Source: Bacteroidales bacterium (GTDB lineage: Bacteria; Bacteroidota; Bacteroidia; Bacteroidales; UBA1556). From it: a stretch of DNA of 35,810 bases. Made by a program: the position numbers and the translations under genes. Below the pieces are notes generated by a model. The model was given only the letters and a program-made list of their open reading frames with translations. It was not told the DNA's origin and searched no databases. This document shows positions 34,363-35,810 of the stretch, in pieces. Every line of letters starts with the position of its first letter. The stretch's first letter is position 1. The stretch lies in the NCBI GenBank assembly GCA_029939445.1, contig JAOZSY010000004.1, positions 1 through 35,810 of the forward strand, given 5' to 3'.

Positions 34363-35810
34363 ATGATTCCAAAATTAATTAGTAAATTAATAATAATTTT
34401 ATTTTTATTAATTCCAAATTATTCGTTTTCTCAGTGCTTTAGTGGTGCAGAAATAAGCTATGAGCATATTGCGGGGAATGATTATAAAGTGTCAGTAGTT
34501 TTTTATCGAAATTGTGTGTTTCTTGCTCCTGATTCCCTTTATATAAAATGTTCGAGTTTAACAAACCCAAACTACAATATAAATTTATTCGGAAATAGAG
34601 TTCCAACTGGTTTAAATGAAGCTACATATAATTGTAGTTCTATGCCTACTACTTGTTATGGTGGAAATGAACATGGTGTTACGGCATGCCTATACGAAAC
34701 ATCAGTTGTCACCTTGCCTCCAAGTCCTGATTGGGTATTCAAATTTGCTCAAACATGTGATTGTTTTCATAGAGACATACACGTTTCCCGTTATGGATAT
34801 GGTGTATCTGCTACCTTGAATAATCAGATTACTACGTCCAATAGTTCTGCTAAATTTATTAATAATGCAAAAGCTGTTATGCAAAAAGGTTATTATCAGC
34901 AGTCTGAAAATAGTGTAATAGAACAGGACGGTGATAGTCTTGTCTATTCATTTACGGGAACTATAGATGGACTTGGAGTTCCACACCAATATATTTCACC
35001 ATATAGCCCTACACAGTTCTTGGATGGCTATTGTATGATAAATCCCCAAAATGGTGATATGAAATTAAAATCTAATTATGATATTAATTCATCGTATAGT
35101 ATTCTTGTAAATGAGTACAGAGAAATAAATGGTGTGTACGAATTAATTGGTAGTATAACAAGGTCAATAGACTTGCTTGCTTATAGTGCAAATAACTTCG
35201 TTCCCATACTCTCTGGAATGAGTACTTGCCTTAGTTGTGATTTTGACACATTGTCTAATACGTTTAATGCAAGTATTGAGGAAGGGGTAGAATCTCATTT
35301 TAGAATTAATATTTTGGATTCAATAGTTGGTGGTGTATGGGGTAATAATTGTGAGCTTAGTTGGGATCAGGGAATTCAGGATGCCTCTTTTCAAATATAT
35401 AATAATAATACTAATTCTGTATATGGAATTTTATCTTGGACACCTCAAGCAGGTGTTGCCAGGAGTCAACCATATTCTTTCAATGTCACCGTGCAGGATG
35501 ATGCATGCCCATATAATGCAAGAAATACTTATCGTTATTATTTAACAGTAACACCAAGTACAATAGGTGTTAATGTTCATAAATTAGAATCCAAAATTAG
35601 TGTATCACCCAATCCAGCAAAAAATATAATCACGATAGAACAAGAAGGAGTATTATGTAATGAATTTCAGATTTATTCCATAGATGGTCAGATAGTAAAG
35701 GCTTTTAGAGTTAGTACAAATAATAGTTCTGTCGATATTTCTGAACTAAAAAGTGGATTGTTTATTATAAGGGCAGTAAATACCTCTTTTAGTCAAAAAA
35801 TTATCAAACT
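34363..35810 (+). CDS. Secreted cysteine-rich protein with a T9SS C-terminal sorting domain (3' end cut by the window edge)
   Basis: Not in the ORF track because no stop is reached. I read frame 1 from the ATG at 34363 to the window end without a stop. Signal peptide MIPKLISKLIIILFLLIPNYSFSQ. The N-terminal block QCFSGAEISYEHIAGNDYKVSVVFYRNC is typical of Cytophaga/Flavobacterium cell-surface proteins. The last ~70 aa (ISVSPNPAKNIITIE..FQIYSIDGQIVKAF..VDISELKSGLFIIRAV) match the Por_Secre_tail/T9SS CTD pattern. Confidence 0.8.
   Translation, partial: MIPKLISKLIIILFLLIPNYSFSQCFSGAEISYEHIAGNDYKVSVVFYRNCVFLAPDSLYIKCSSLTNPNYNINLFGNRVPTGLNEATYNCSSMPTTCYGGNEHGVTACLYETSVVTLPPSPDWVFKFAQTCDCFHRDIHVSRYGYGVSATLNNQITTSNSSAKFINNAKAVMQKGYYQQSENSVIEQDGDSLVYSFTGTIDGLGVPHQYISPYSPTQFLDGYCMINPQNGDMKLKSNYDINSSYSILVNEYREINGVYELIGSITRSIDLLAYSANNFVPILSGMSTCLSCDFDTLSNTFNASIEEGVESHFRINILDSIVGGVWGNNCELSWDQGIQDASFQIYNNNTNSVYGILSWTPQAGVARSQPYSFNVTVQDDACPYNARNTYRYYLTVTPSTIGVNVHKLESKISVSPNPAKNIITIEQEGVLCNEFQIYSIDGQIVKAFRVSTNNSSVDISELKSGLFIIRAVNTSFSQKIIK

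Noticed and set aside
34616-35545. Track ORFs 34616-34819 (+), 34702-34884 (-) and 35327-35545 (+)
   Set aside because: All lie inside, and out of frame with, the long open frame 34363-35810. That frame has a signal peptide and a T9SS C-terminal domain, so it is the real gene.
1-35810. Looked across the window for CRISPR arrays, rRNA genes, intact IS or integrase genes, restriction-modification, toxin-antitoxin or other known defence gene signatures
   Set aside because: There are no regularly spaced direct repeats and no rRNA-like GC-rich blocks. I recognised no integrase/recombinase, methyltransferase, nuclease or ATPase-nuclease pairings. The only mobility-related sequences are the two short remnants reported.

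Overview
This window is a low-GC chromosomal segment with the hallmarks of a Bacteroidota (Flavobacteriia/Cytophagia-like) genome. It carries a complete type IX secretion/gliding core operon, porP-gldK-gldL-gldM-gldN (16.5-22.6 kb). A secreted protein ending in a T9SS C-terminal sorting domain runs from 34.4 kb to the window edge. There is also a DUF4835/PorD-like gene, and TAnnTTTG -7 promoter boxes sit in front of many genes. Most of the rest is ordinary housekeeping: bamD-rpoZ-coaBC, tsaD, arsC, a nitroreductase, a GT28-like glycosyltransferase, miaB, topA, recG, pyrE, a NUDIX hydrolase, lolD, tRNA-Glu and rpsT. The left 3.6 kb looks like a decayed accessory or rearrangement patch. It holds the 3' end of a large gene followed by a tiny 2-TM ORF, a 32-codon stump of a Y1 (IS200/RAYT-type) transposase with GC-rich hairpins, an ORF6N-type remnant with an in-frame stop, and a GC-rich hairpin-dense orphan segment. 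The best candidate for something undescribed is a tightly packed minus-strand three-gene envelope operon (26894-32609): a TM-anchored 900-aa propeller-like protein, a lipoprotein and an outer-membrane barrel with a PorP-like N-terminal motif. I cannot assign it to any family. Other points worth a second look are an arginase-fold gene whose metal-ligand motifs appear substituted and a decayed second copy of tRNA-Glu with its own terminator. I found no CRISPR array, rRNA, intact mobile element or recognisable defence system. All calls come from reading the translated ORFs and from remembered family motifs; no searches were run.
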